The position numbers and the translations under genes are program-made. 64,000 bases of DNA from Eledone cirrhosa (taxonomy: Eukaryota): assembly GCA_964016885.1 (NCBI GenBank), contig OZ024746.1, positions 47,740,001 through 47,804,000 of the forward strand. Direction: 5' to 3'. Shown here piece after piece: positions 13,355-28,265 of the stretch. Each line of letters begins with the position of its first letter. Position 1 is the first letter of the stretch. The notes beneath the pieces are model-generated. The model was not told where the DNA came from and searched no databases. It saw nothing but the letters and a program-made list of their open reading frames with translations.

Positions 13355-14050
13355 GGTTGATTACTAGAACCATTAGAACGTCGGTCAAAATGTTTTATGG
13401 CATTTACTTACAACTCTTTACGTTCTGAGTTCAAATCTTACCGAGGTCAGCTTTGTCTTTCATCCTTCCGAGGTTGATCAAATAAAGTACCGGTTAAAAA
13501 TTATTAGACGTGAAATGAGGGAAGTGGAGTAGCAGAATCGCTAGAACATCGGATAAAATGTTTTGCAGCATTTAGCTACAGTCCTTTACGTTTTGAGTTC
13601 AAATCCCGTTGAGGTCAACTTTGCCTTTAATACTTCTAGATTCAATCAAATAAAGTATCAGTCAAATATTGTAGTCGATATAATTGACCCTCTGCTCCAC
13701 ACAAATTGTAGCCCTTGCACCTAAATTAGAAACCATTATTATATAAAGTACCAGTAATGCACTGAGGTCGATTTAATGCCCCCCCCCCCAAAAAAAAAAC
13801 TGTTGGCCTTGTGCCTAAATCAGAAACAATTATTAGATTTAAAATAGAACGGTGTATTGCCAGTATCGTTAAAGCGTCAAACAGCATACTTTGTGTCATA
13901 TAGTTACGACTCTTTACGTTCTGAATTCAAATCCCGCAGCGGTTAGCTTTGCCTTTCATCCTACGGGGCCGATAAAATAAAGTACATGTAACAAACTGGG
14001 GTCGATTTTAATTCCACTCCAAATTGCTGCCAAATGTAGAAACAATTGTT
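13355..14050 (+). mobile_element. Cluster of about 4 SINE copies, same family
   Basis: Repeated B-box and central motif. Confidence 0.85.
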
Positions 14051-16424
14051 AGATCTAAAATGTCTTGTATCAAAGTTGTAACTAGTATTAGATATAATAA
14101 TAGAAAAGTTATATCAATAACACTTTCAACTTTAATACAAGACATATTTTCATTGTAACAATAAGAAATAATGGATTTTGTTGCACCTTATCAGCTTCCA
14201 GTCTTGCTTGTTATTATTGTTTGTTCTCTAAAAAAAAAAGTAAAAATCAAAAATTGTTTTGCTGTTCCTATCGTTAATGTTATTGTTATACATATTGCAT
14301 CACTTTAAATATTCTTCTTCTTCTTGCCGATACAACTCACTACCAGAAATACACTAGCCAGCTGATTCAATCACCTCTAACCTCTATCTCGCATTGCTTC
14401 TATAAATTTGTGACGTGAAAGTGTGTCAAATGTTATTATTATTCTAACAGTCGCACTAGGGCAGTGGATTGGTAGAAACTGTTGAGGGTCAACTAAATGC
14501 TTCTAATAATCCGGTAGACATAAATTGTATATGGGAAGCAAATGGACCTAGTTTTATCCTTTGCTGTTACAATTCTGACACTCACTGTTCATGTTTGGTT
14601 TTAATAATAACTGCTAATATTAACATTAGAACGAGGCCACATATTTGGAGAAGAGTTTATTCTGTTAAATTGACCCCAGTATCTGACTGGTGTTTTATTT
14701 TAGAGATCGTAAAACATTTTGTCCGAGCCTCTATCAGTTTTGTCAAAACGCCGTCCTTTGTTTTATTTCAATAACGATTTCTTATTTAGGCACACGGTCA
14801 GCTAGTTGTGTTGTGTGTGAAGGGGCGGGAGAAGTCGATTAAATTGATCTCAGTGCTTGAATAGTACGACCTCAGACGGATGAGAGTAGAGGAATGATTT
14901 AATGCTCAGACTAATGACCTGGCTCGTACGCCTGAAAGAGGGTGGACTCCTCAAGACTCAAAATGACCAACTGGTGACGCTATACGGGATGATCGATTAA
15001 GTACACTAACTAAATATGGTTAAAAAGTTCGTTCGCTTCACAATAACGAGGAATTTGTATTTTGCGCAAATGTCTTTTACCATAACCTCCGATAAACTTA
15101 TGCCTTGTGAGTGTAACTGGATTGATGAAAACTGAGAAGGCCCGTCGAATAGATTGTACCTATATATTGAATCCAAAGACCAAATACATAAAGTGCCGTT
15201 GATTCTGCTTGAAAATTATGTTACGGGTAGAGTTGTTTGTGGAATACTTAGCCAATTTATTCCCAATACAATGAATAGACAGCTCATTAGATCGAACAAC
15301 TGGGATAATCATCGTAAAACCGACGGAGATCCATTTACTGCTCAAGAGCACCAGAGTGGTCGATCGAATGATTTTGCACTACGTGGGAAGTTGTTATTGT
15401 CGTCGTTGACAAGTATGATTTTTAAAGAAAGCATCACAGGCAGAACATTTCCTCCTCTAAACTGAACTATGCTACGGAAACTAGTAAAGTATAAATGTGT
15501 CAAATATTTCAATTAAAATACGGGTTATATTTTCTGGACAGCGTGTGATTTCGTTATAGAGCAGTCACATGGCAAGTGAAAGAATATCAGTCCCATCCAG
15601 AGGCGTTATGTTTATTTTCTAATGTAACTTCATTTTATACAGGGCAGCTGGTGGTTAGTTATCGTTATAAATATCAAATGAAGGTGGGGCACCTTCCTAT
15701 GTTGGGCACTAATGTATATCGTATAAACATATATGTTTATAGATTGTAAAATGTCCAGATGTACTAAATTACAGGTTTTGAAGAGAAAAAAATAACAGGA
15801 TTTATAAAATCAAGTACCTAATATCTAGAGATTCAAGTACATCGAGAGGAAGAGGAAAAAAGAGAGAGAAAGAGAAAGAGACAGCGAGAAAGGGAAGAGA
15901 AAGGAAAGAGGTGGGGTGAAAGAGGGAGAGAGTGTGTGAGGCAGAGAAAGGGGGATTGTGGTGGTGTTAGTGTTAGTAGGTATACTGAAGTTCAATCAGT
16001 AATATGGTCATCCAGTAAAAGATCAATGCGGGATTCCAGTGTTTTCTGAGATACGTTTCTGTTTTCTCTCTCAAATTCGTGAAACTATAATATTTATAAC
16101 ATTTTCTTTACATTTAAATTACTTTACATCTCTCTAGAACAGTCATTTTTAATCTATGGAAAGTTTTCTCCCTCGGTGACATTTGGTGATTCCATTGTAG
16201 AAATTGGTTTAATATTGAAACATTATTTTTCATTACATTATTCAGCATTTGTTTTGTTTTGTTTTGCGTTTTTTGTGTTTTTTGCTAGATCTATTTTCCA
16301 TAATATTGAATTTAATGATGGTAATGTTAATTTAATACAATTAGCAGAAGCACGAACATAGCGTGGTTCATAATAGGGGCTTTTATGAATGAACATAATA
16401 GGGGCTTTTATGCACATTATATAT

Positions 16425-16995
16425 TGGCAGTATTGGTAGAACGTCAGATACCATGCTTTGCAGCATAGAGTTATTGCCCTTTACTTTCTCAGTTCAAATC
16501 CCGCCGAGGTTAACTTTGTCTTTCATCCTTACGGAGTTGATAAAATATAGTACCAGTAATACACTGGTGTAATTGCTGGCCTTGTGCTAAAAGTAGAAAC
16601 AATTATATATATGACAGTCTTTCTATGAGTGTTTTAAACTGGGATCATGACATACCTAGGCGGCGAATTGGCAGAGTCGTTACAACGTCGGATAGAATGC
16701 CTTACGGTATTCGTTTCGACTCTTTAGTCCGTATTCAAATCCCGCCGAGGACAGTTTTGCCTTTCATCCATTCGAGGCCGAAAAAAAAAGTGATACAAAT
16801 TTAATACTATGGTCGATTTTTCCTCTATATCTCTCTCTCACTTCCACTCTATCACTCTCTCTACCGTCTTTGGAAAAAAAAATCTGTTGTATTCAGACCT
16901 GGAGAGGATTGGGCCCCGCCAGGTTTAAAAATGCCTTAGAAATGCTGAATGTCAATACTGTGCCCCTACAAATCCCACAGGAGTTACGAGACCAT
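16425..16995 (+). mobile_element. Two SINE copies; the second has an alternative 3' module also seen at 12571-12915 and 43455-43720
   Basis: Shared tail TTCAGACCTGGAGAG..GGGC..TTTAAAA. Confidence 0.8.
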
Positions 16996-18463
16996 GCATG
17001 ACATAGCTATCTCAGGATCTGGGGAGAAGTGCAGACACGTGCTTCTATTATGAACCACCCTGTGTTAGTAATATTGCTATTGCTAATTAATCCCAATCAA
17101 TCAAGTTTGCACTATATGCAAACGAGCATCTCCAGGCCATATTTCATACGCAAAATGCATATAAGTTTTAGTTTATTCTTGTCTCAGTTCCAAGTGAGTA
17201 AATGTCACTAATGACGATAATGATTCAGAAACACGTCCCTGATATTCCCACACAGCGACTGAGATAGCTATAATATGATCATAAAATATTCCTAGTGAGA
17301 CTCTTGTATGTTCATTATATCGTATATGCCTTCCTGTACACTTCTATTAAAGTTGTTAATGTTATGAAATAGGTTATGTTAGATACGAAACTATCATATG
17401 TGTGTCGAAATTAGAATGAGGAACAGTTGACGGGGCGAAATACAGAAGAAGGTTACGGAGGAGGGGGAAGAGGAGAAAGTTCGCATTTATGGAATGGACC
17501 ACCGTCAGTTTCGATGATGAATGTTCCAGTTGTTTAATAACGGAACAGCCAGTTCACATAATCAAATTTCAAGTGGTTGAACATCCTATAAGCATAATCA
17601 TCTGTATCCTTAACGCAATTCTCAAGACGAATCATCATGATACAGTAGGCTACAAGCTTGTCCCTTTGAATTACAGTTATAATCCATCAGACTAGCTTCT
17701 AAACAGCTTCTGTCTACCTAATTACATTGACAAGAATTGGGTCAACTCGTATACATGCATGCCCTCGTGCGTTGTGAGCAGCGCGTTGAGCCAGTGCTTA
17801 TCCCGGTTTCATGCCGTGAAGCGACTGAGAGTACACGATTCACCCCTAGACAGGACGCCAGTCCATCGCGGCGTTAAACCTCCAGCTATTGCTTGTACAC
17901 ATTTTCAGCTGAGTATACAGGAGCAATATGAAATGAAGTGTTTTGATCAAGAACACAACACGCAAACCAGCCCAGGAATCTAAACCATGACATTACCACT
18001 AGGTCATGGGCCTTCACAACTCGAGGTTGTGGTAAATAGCCCTCGCCCAAGAGTCCACGAAACCTTATAAAATCGAAATCCGAAACCTTATAATTGCGAA
18101 GTGAACATCTTCATTATTGGTTCATACTGCGTCCATAGTTATGTATTCCAGATATTGTTACTATTGAGAATACACCAGATCAGTTCTAATCAATTCTACT
18201 GCTCTGTGATCGTTCATTTCGTTTTTTCAGCCATACTGTATATAGGAATATATATTTTGCGACGAAATTATTTTACCTTTAAGATGGTAGGATATCGTTT
18301 GTGTAAGAGTTGGCTGCTATATCTAAACAGGTGGCATCTTGGTATTCTTGGTATTTTTAGTTGTTGTAGTTGTTGATGATATACCTAGTTTTGTAATGTA
18401 AATCTTTCAACTATAACACGGAATTGCTTTGACATATTTCACCTTGGAGCGCACAATCACACG

Positions 18464-18578
<115 letters not shown>

Positions 18579-18638
18579 ACATATACATATATATGTTTAT
18601 GTGTATGTAAGTATGTATGTTTGTATGTATATATATGT

Positions 18639-18673
<35 letters not shown>

Positions 18674-18674
18674 G

Positions 18675-18861
<187 letters not shown>

Positions 18862-18914
18862 CATATACATATGTACGTGTATGTAAGTATGTATGTTTGT
18901 TTGTATATATATGT

Positions 18915-18945
<31 letters not shown>

Positions 18946-19042
18946 GTATCTATGTGTGTGTGTCGGTATGTCCTCGTATTCGAAAGTTCACACATTTCAA
19001 ATATTTGTTTTATCAAAAGTAGCACACACACACACACACACG

Positions 19043-19082
<40 letters not shown>

Positions 19083-19305
19083 TATATATATGTGCCAACT
19101 GATATGCATGTCTCTGATGGTATATACTTGTTTGCATGTAAAAGTTCGTACTTTTCAAATATATATTTTACTAGAAATCATTCTTCTATTTGGATTATTC
19201 ATAAACATAAGAATAAAAAGGACATTAAAAATATTTAAAATTACCGCCGAAAATTTCAAGAATATTTCATGAACTATTTTTTTCGTCAAATTATTAAGTT
19301 AAAGT

Positions 19306-19402
<97 letters not shown>

Positions 19403-20567
19403 ACTGTTGCTTTCAACCTTTTTTCAACTTCGCTTCGTATTTATCTTTACTTGTCTAACATTAAGTTCTCTACAGTTTTTCTGTTTCCCCCTTTTATATC
19501 TTTCCCCTCCCTCACAACTTATCAGCTCGACCAGTGAACAACTTAAAGGAAAGCAAAAAACAAATATCCAAATCACAAAAATGAAACCAACTTTCGTTGT
19601 AAACTTATATGATTGGTACGACAAAGGTATGTCAGAGACTGTGTTATGTTTGCTGGATAGGATATACCCTCTTAGGTTCATAAACACATGCACAGGGACA
19701 TAGAATAATATATTGAAGCACCACCTTCACACACACACTCACACTTGCATAGAGACACGGGTAACGGGTATTTTCAAGCCTTATCTATTTATTTATTTAT
19801 TTTCTAATGGTTGGATCCGTTGGAAGGGGGTTGTGCCAGTAGCTTTCACAGGCCCCTAGGTACTCATTAGATTGAAGTGCTTGATGTTCTCCCTGAAAGA
19901 TTCCCTTCGGTCATGGCTATGCATGGTGTTTTTGTGGATGATCAGCAGTCGCTCATGTATAAAAGATAAAAGTTTTCCCTTTCCTGGCCCCCAATGTTGT
20001 ACAAGGGTAAGAGGTAAAGGCCGATACAGGTTGCCATTAGTGACGTCACAGGAAAACCGGAACAACAGAAAATGAAGTGCTCTGCTCCCTGGAATAACTG
20101 CAATTTAACGGTTCCGGGAAAACATAGAAAATAAAAGAATTTTGAAGAAAAAGGATTGGGTGAAGAGATGAGATTAACTCCTTTAGCATTTAAACCGGTC
20201 ATATCCGGTAAATATGTTTAACGAGAAATTTATTTAGTGATTGCAGCAAATCATCATATATTTAATATAATTATATAAACAAATAACGAAACGAAATTAA
20301 ATTTCGTTTCGTTTGTAACTCACTTTTGTATGACTGACGCTTAAACAATTAAGTTAAAAATGTACATCCACATATGTATACTGAAATACTAGTATGCATA
20401 TGAATACACACACGTATACATATGTAGATGTACGGATTTTTTCACTGGTCACTTTACTGTGAGTGTCCAGCTATTCTGTATGTAAACACACAGACAAACC
20501 GGTTTTTAGAGTCATACTGGTTTTTGAGGAAACACCTTTCCTCTATTCTCCAGAAAGCCAGACAAGG

Positions 20568-20612
20568 AATATTGAACTAGTTTCGTTGTTGTTACAACTC
20601 ATCAGCAATATT
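20568..20612 (-). ncRNA. Canonical minimal type I hammerhead ribozyme
   Basis: AATATTG-CTGATGA-GTTG taacaa CAAC-GAAA-CTAG-TT-CAATATT. All core nucleotides present, 7-bp stem I, 4-bp stem II, palindromic stem III. Confidence 0.85.
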
Positions 20613-21033
20613 TACCTATCTTCCGGCCTTTCTGGAGAATCGTAAAAGCACATATCGTTATATGCTTTTTCTATGAAAATTAGTAGTGGGCAGACTAATT
20701 TGCATAGAGCGTGAGTATGTACCGGTTCAACGGAGACGATAAAAACAAATAACGAAACGAAATTAAATTTCGTTTCGTTTGTAACTCACTTTTGTATGAC
20801 TTACGCTTAAACAATTAAGTTAAAAATGTACATCCACATATGTATACTGAAATACTAGTATGCATATGAATACACACACGTATACATATGTAGATGTACG
20901 GATTTTTTCACTGGTCACTTTACTGTGAGTGTCCAGCTATTCTGTATGTAAACACACAGACAAACCGGTTTTTAGAGTCATACTGGTTTTTGAGGAAACA
21001 CCTTTCCTCTATTCTCCAGAAAGCCAGACAAAG

Positions 21034-21078
21034 AATATTGAACTGGTTTCGTTGTTGTTACAACTCATCAGCAATATT
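21034..21078 (-). ncRNA. Minimal type I hammerhead ribozyme, second tandem copy
   Basis: Identical to 20568-20612 except stem III CCAG; lies exactly 466 nt away. Confidence 0.8.
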
Positions 21079-21377
21079 TACCTATCTTCCGGCCTTTCTG
21101 GAGAATCGTAAAAGCACATATCGTTACATATGTATACGTGTGTGTATTCATATGCATACTAGTATTTCAGTATACATATGTGGATGTACATTTTTAACTT
21201 AATTGTATAATTATATAAATTTGTATAAAACTGTATTTCTTTAAGGTTCAGTAATGTACTTGTGTGATGTCTGTGGATGGCCAGCCAGCTTGTAGCGACA
21301 CCTGAGCTGAAAGCATTCGAGTCATATGACCATTCCTTATTTAGTTGAAAAAAAAAAATGTACACACACACACACAC

Positions 21378-21474
<97 letters not shown>

Positions 21475-21501
21475 AGAAAAACCTCAAACCCTCCAGCTCA
21501 A

Positions 21502-21545
21502 TTCTACTTTTGAAAAGCATAAGAACTGCGAAACCGGTAGAGGAA
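21502..21545 (+). ncRNA. Hammerhead-like motif with TTGAAAA (U3-A8) core
   Basis: TTGAAAA-GCA taagaac TGC-GAAA-CCGG-TA-GAGGAA: palindromic stem III ACCGGT, weak stem I. Confidence 0.4.
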
Positions 21546-21676
21546 CCAAATAAATATTCTTAAAAAGACTCCAGCTGCATTTTCGATTTCATCCTTTTTC
21601 CTTATACTTTCACTCGTGTAGGACATCTCGCTTTTTTTTCATTTCGGAAAAAATAACCCTCATTTTCTAATATATA

Positions 21677-21717
<41 letters not shown>

Positions 21718-21734
21718 AACACACACACACACAC

Positions 21735-21795
<61 letters not shown>

Positions 21796-22106
21796 TAAAC
21801 ATATATATATGTTTATATATATAAATATAAACATATATATATGTTTATATATATATATATACACATATATATATATATGTTTATATATATATATACACGA
21901 AATATATATATATATATATATATAAATATAAACATATATATGTTTATATATATATATATACACATATATATATATGTTTATATATATATATACACGAAAT
22001 ATATATATATATATATGTTTATATATATATATATATATACACATATATATATATATGTTTATATATATATATACACGAAATATATATATATATATATATA
22101 AATATA

Positions 22107-22226
<120 letters not shown>

Positions 22227-22334
22227 CATGATCGTTTGGTAAATCACTGATGAGGGACTCATTTTATAACATGTTATCCATGTGCAACCAGCAGTATTCT
22301 TCTCACCCATATTTTCATTTATATTTATATATAT

Positions 22335-22401
<67 letters not shown>

Positions 22402-22517
22402 TAAACATATATATATATATATATTTATATATATAAATATTTATATATTTATATATATAAATATTTATATATATATATATATATATATAAACATATATAT
22501 ATATGTGTATATATATA

Positions 22518-22576
<59 letters not shown>

Positions 22577-23822
22577 ATATATATATATGTCTGTATATAT
22601 ATATATATATCATGTAACAATGTCCTATATCACGTTACGATAGAAGGATGGTAGTAGTAGTAGAAGAAGTTGTGGTTGTTTAGTTTCAGGCCTGTCCTTA
22701 TCGAGCAGACCTATGATCAAAAGGGAGATCGCAAGCCGTCACCATCCCCTCTTTTTGCATACATAGGACTACATTGGATCCTACCTGTTATTTCTAACAG
22801 ATTGAACGGACTCCATTGTTTCACTCAATATTCTACAATACCAATAGCTCGTATTTCTTCGTTATTTAAGATTAAACTCATGTTCATTCTAGTCACTTAC
22901 ATAATTCTGTTTAACATAGGAGAGTCACATGTCTTTTTTTGCGAATTCACGTGTGTGCTTCATATTTATTATCAAGTATTTATTGACGTTGCGAATATAT
23001 TCGAAACTCTAATCACGTTAAAAATCTGTACTATATTGAAGTATTCTTTGATTTTATGCATTGACTGCTGTTTGAAGGTCTTTGCATATTTATAACACCC
23101 TATCCTCTCCCATTTAATGTTCTTATGTAAATTGTAACATTTTTCCGTTGTAGATTTGATAAACCAGTAAGATAGCCCCGTATCATACATGCCGGATGTA
23201 AATTGACAGCCCCCACCCACGATGCTGCCTTGTTTGTCTGTTTGGAGTTTATGCATTCGTTCTTAGTTTACATTTGATATATATATATATATGAAGTTAT
23301 GTTTACGTTTAACATTTTTTGACATATATCGTATTCGCTAATATTCAGAGTATAACAGTGTAGTATCTAGTTTTACGAGAGGTTGTGATTTTTACTTTTT
23401 TCTGTGGAGTGGGGAATTCTCGTTCAAAAGCTTATTTTATATCACTAATATTTGATTTTAAATGTCTATTTGAATACAATGATGTTAAACATTAGAATAA
23501 ATACACACTTTCGTGTCGGAGAGGGTAGATATAATCAATTCTTTGAAGTATATCACTAGTACTTATTTTACCGACTATCTTTCACCATTCTCACATTAAT
23601 GAAAATCAAAGACAATTCCTGTAGGATTTCAGATTATGACACAAATGAACGGAAATAAACACCGAAAAGCATTTATCACCAGGTTTAGCGACTTTAGGAT
23701 GCATTTCCCACATATTTAGGACTATAGTCATGCAGCAGAAGCTATAGGAGGTCGGATGTCTTCGGAAACGGAAAAGAAACTTAAATGAAGCCAGAATCAC
23801 TTTGCCGCACTGGATTTTTAAA

Positions 23823-24031
23823 TATAATGGTTTCTGATTTAGACACAAGGCCATTTAAAGAGGAGGGGAAAGTCGATTAAATCGACTCCAGTGCATCACT
23901 GGTACTTTATTTTATCGACCCTGTAAGACAAAGCTAACCTCGGCAGGATTTGAACTTAGAACGTAAAGGACCGTAACTCTATGCCACGAAGCAGGGTGTC
24001 CGACGCTTTACCGATACCGTCAACCCCCCGC
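23823..24031 (-). mobile_element. SINE, dominant family
   Basis: Reverse-complement consensus. Confidence 0.85.
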
Positions 24032-24726
24032 CCTTGGATTTCTAAATATAATAAAACGAATTCATTAACCTATGACGTTTACAAAGTTGTTTTTCTCATT
24101 AAGAACTTAGAGATTATTTCATATTATGGTATTTTTCGAGTGCAATGCATAGGGATGATATACTGAAATATATTTTCGGTTCTATTTTTATTGAATGTTA
24201 AGAAGCTCTTGAAACTCTCCTGCTTAATTTAACTTTATAATCGCAGCCTGAATATTTATTTTTTCATGGTTTAGTCAGGAGAAGTAAGTTTTGATAACCT
24301 TTTCATGCCGGTATCACTGAGATCAATGGGCTGCTAATGTTCCTTTTTAACAGCTGTCGGTCAACGGCTGCAGGAGAAAATATAGACAGGGAAGAAATTC
24401 TAGATGGATGACGTTCAGGGGAGGAAGGACTTGAAAAGATGGTTATGTTGAAATGGGTGAAGTATTCTGGGATCAGAGTAAGAAAGAAAAGTTAGCCGGA
24501 TTGGTCTGAGTAGAAGTAATAGGAGACGCTCCAGCTCCGAGGAGCAAAGATCTCAGTTGTAGCCGTAGAAATAGAATGAATTGACTATTGTGTATTGCTC
24601 TTTAGTCCCTGGTCAAACTTGATCATACAGATCTATTATGTTATAAAAGGCGTCTTCGCTGTGACCTTCCTGTCTTTTTAGGGGTATATAAGACTACATT
24701 ATATGTGTACTTCTCATTATTTAGAC

Positions 24727-25074
24727 CAGAGGTACTGAAACTTTTTGGGCCACCGCTCCCCTCACAACCACGTTATACCCTCAACGCCCCACCTCCATTT
24801 CCAGAGAGACCTGCCTACACGCAAATTGTAAATAATATATAATAAATAAAATCGTTAATTTATATATAATAAATAATATAATATATACTATGTATAAATA
24901 AATATTATATATTTTTTATTTTACTACATTTATATATATGTATCATTTGATATTTAATATATATTATATCATCTCTGACACTCCTACTACCCCCATAGAC
25001 CCCATAGACCCCAGCGCCCCTTAGACCCTCTCGGCGCCCCCTGGAGGTGGTAGGGCCCACTTTGAGAACCTATG
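24727..25074. mobile_element. hAT-type MITE with 8-bp target site duplication (TSD)
   Basis: ATTTAGAC at 24719-24726 and 25075-25082; imperfect terminal inverted repeats (TIRs) CAGAGGTACTGAAA / TTTGAGAACCTATG. A partial second copy is at ~36790-37037. Confidence 0.85.
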
Positions 25075-25210
25075 ATTTAGACGGAGTGATTTGAGGGAAA
25101 TTTAACTCCAACTACCAAGACGCTGCTTTGTTAGTTTGTCTGCAGCATGCTGGAACAAGGAGCTGGTTTTATGTCGTTTACTATATTTCATTGTAAGCAG
25201 GCTTTACTTG

Positions 25211-25373
25211 TTGGCAGTGGCAGTATCAGGAGAGGGTCGGACACCGTGCTTTGCAGAGTAGAGTTACATCCCTTTACGGACTGAGTTCAAATCCCGCCGT
25301 AGTTAACTTTGCCATTCATCCTTACGGGGTCGATAAAATAAAGTACCAGTAATGTACTGGAGTCGATTTAATC
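25211..25373 (+). mobile_element. SINE, dominant family
   Basis: A/B boxes and central motif. Confidence 0.85.
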
Positions 25374-25385
25374 GTTATAATTGAA

Positions 25386-25702
25386 CAGTGATTCCCAACG
25401 TGGGGCGCACACCCCACAGGAGAACAATTTGAATACTTAAGGTGGGTATTTGAAAATGATGTTAGTGAGAATAAACCTTAGGTTCTGCTTTATTACTTTT
25501 ACGCCAAGGCAACTTTGGTGCACATTACTGTCAGAAACTCTTGTCTCATATCCTCCATATGTTATTGTGCACTTGGAACCAGTTATACACCAATTTGTTT
25601 ACACTTTGCAGTTGATCATTGCTGTTTTCATGTCAAAGAAGGAGATAACAATTTTTTAAATGTTGAGGTGGGGCATGGTGCACAAAAGGTTGGGAACCAC
25701 TG
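25386..25702. mobile_element. hAT-type MITE
   Basis: TIRs CAGTGATTCCCAAC / GTTGGGAACCACTG; degenerate 8-bp TSD TAATTGAA / TACTAGAA. Confidence 0.7.
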
Positions 25703-26129
25703 TACTAGAAATACTTGTTTATCAATCACCAGCAGATTAAAGAACTAAAACAATATATAATATTTCAAATAAAGAAGACATTCAGCTGCCATTATAAATT
25801 CTCTTTTGGGTTTGGCTGAAAGTTTGGTCATTTTAAAATGGAGAAATTGTTCCGAGTTTCAGCACAGGGTATATTTGAAGAGAATCTATTAAGAATTGTT
25901 GGTAGCTTAGTCAAATAGGGCACTGACCTGTCGGTGAAAAGATTGGTCATTCATATAATGTTAACAGCAATGCTTTATACTCATAACAAAGAAAATGAGA
26001 TAGCACTCAATGGTCATGTATATCTGTACGAACTAATGAGGGTGGCTTCTACGCAGTGATCTAACTGCTAGAAATAACAGACAAATCCATATCAAATCAC
26101 AACATAGGGCACAAAAATATAAGTTAGGC

Positions 26130-26530
26130 CCGACTGGTCTATCCCGGGGCCTATACAACACCTTGTGACGCTAAACTCTGCTAGTTGCAGACTGCGCATC
26201 AGCATGTGAAATCTCTCTCCACAAAGTTCGATCACCAGCAGCAGAGTTCAAAGACCAAAGATCAAGTCCAGTCCATAAGTTGACATTGTCAAGCCATCGT
26301 TTTGGCTGCGGGTCTCTGCGCCTCTTACCAGCCAACCTTCCTTCCTGGCATAACCTACTCGCTCCGCCAGTTGATCTTTTTATATGGCCGTATAGTTTGA
26401 GTACTCATGACTTGACAACAGGATGCCAAAGCTCACTTCTAGAATCAACAGGCACACTCTATATGTCATGAGTGTTTCATTACTGGGCAGTACATCACCA
26501 AGATATAACCGCAGTAAGATTAGCTATTTC
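26130..26530 (-). mobile_element. Decayed RTE 3' fragment
   Basis: - strand LKLYGHIKRS..CQEGRLAGKRRRDPQPKRWLDNVNLWTGL..AAGDRTLWR. Confidence 0.75.
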
Positions 26531-27375
26531 TTGGGGAATAATGGTTTCTTCTTACATATTTTGCCCAAGATATAGACTATGAAAACAATTCTCAGCCGTC
26601 ACCACTAACACCAACTTAAGATGAAATGTTTAGTAGGAAATATTTGGCTGCAATATTATTTTTCAACAAGCTTATCCGTTTCCGGGCGTCGATTGCAACG
26701 AGTCGGTCAAACTACTTTAGGATGTCTAAAATGGAAACATTTTGATGGTTTTTGATCATAATTTATGAGCTCTTAACTTTGATCATTACATTTTTTAATG
26801 TGTTTGAATAAGTTAAGGTAACAGGAATCATTAATACTTGGAAATTGTTTAATACCTTTCAATAAAGATATTATTGAAATCTTTATAATCTTTGAAATTA
26901 ATATCTTCTCAAGTAGGAAGTAGGGTCTCTCCTCTACTTTAACATCATTTAACCCACATGGATCAGCTAGCTCGGGGTTAAATAGCATCAAATAAAAATA
27001 ACACCAACAGCAACAATCATATCTTCACTTAATTCGTAGCTTCATTCCTTAGTCATTGTGTTCCTGTTCTTAGCTGCTGTGGGTTAAGTCCATACTAGAC
27101 AGCAGAGCTTCAGAGAAGAGATACAAACTCATGATTCAGTTAAAATCCTATGTAGTTTGTCGTTGCTAAGTCATGATCACTTTAAAGATTAGCGTTACTC
27201 TTCCTCATTTTAGGCAGAGAAGCTTTATGACTTCATGAAAAATAAGATGAAATGTCGTGGTGTTCCTATCTTTTCAACATATATACTGTGTGTAAATACA
27301 CATAAGGCGCAGCAGCATTGGCGACCGAACAATTGCAAATGGTCTCGTTTAAACTACACCTTCTGTTTGATGAAA

Positions 27376-27435
<60 letters not shown>

Positions 27436-27834
27436 GATGGCTGCCCCCTCGTTATCGAGTATGGCCATTGCACGATATACCATTATTAATAATTATTAAT
27501 TAATTCTATTGTGCAATGCCTGTGCGTGAAGATATTTTTTAAAGTGAAAAAAGACTGTGCACTGAGCCAATCCCACTCTCTGGGCGACAGTAGCTATGAC
27601 CCGAAAAGAAGAAAAGATCAACATCATCGGTAACTACTGAGCCGCAGGTTTTATATCGGAGTTATGCCAGTTTCCTGAGTTCCCTCTCCTAGAAGAATGC
27701 CTGACAAAGGCTAGAGGTCCTTCACTCCCAGTGGTTTAACCGCGCGATCGGGTGTCCAGCCCGACTATTTCTATGTCCCCGCGCATATACATACACATGC
27801 ACCCACGTACATACACCCACACATGTACATGCCT

Positions 27835-27895
<61 letters not shown>

Positions 27896-28099
27896 CATAT
27901 ATACATACATACATACACACATACATACAAACATATACATATACATACATATACATACATGCATGCATATATGCTTACACACATACGTACATACATACGC
28001 ACATATATGTATACACACGCGTAATATATGTATACATACACACATACATACACATATACATAAATATATTCATGCATACATGCATACACACATACATAA

Positions 28100-28145
<46 letters not shown>

Positions 28146-28149
28146 TTAA

Positions 28150-28265
28150 CTAACTACTTCAGCATCTGCACCAACCTTGAGAACATGGGCTTCACAAAAT
28201 CAGAAAGGATACAGTTAATTAGGAAACTTCAAATTAAAAGTCATTAATGGAACTGTAAAATATAT
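28150..28265 (+). mobile_element. Diverged 3' fragment related to the (CATA)n-associated R4/Dong family
   Basis: NLENMGFTKSERIQLIRKLQIK/INGTVK resembles SMTELGFADKKRSSLIHSLQMAAIAGTFK; follows a TACA-rich tract. Confidence 0.55.

Larger units (their letters stand above)
20277..21206 (-). mobile_element. Retrozyme-like / non-autonomous Penelope-like tandem element (466-nt monomer x ~1.8 plus inverted end)
   Basis: 20277-20660 is repeated at 20743-21126 with about 3 differences. 21125-21206 is an inverted copy of an internal part. One hammerhead per monomer; no coding capacity. Confidence 0.75.

Noticed and set aside
22240-22300. CTGATGAGGGA hammerhead start
   Set aside because: No intact GAAA, stem III or stem I; at most a relic.
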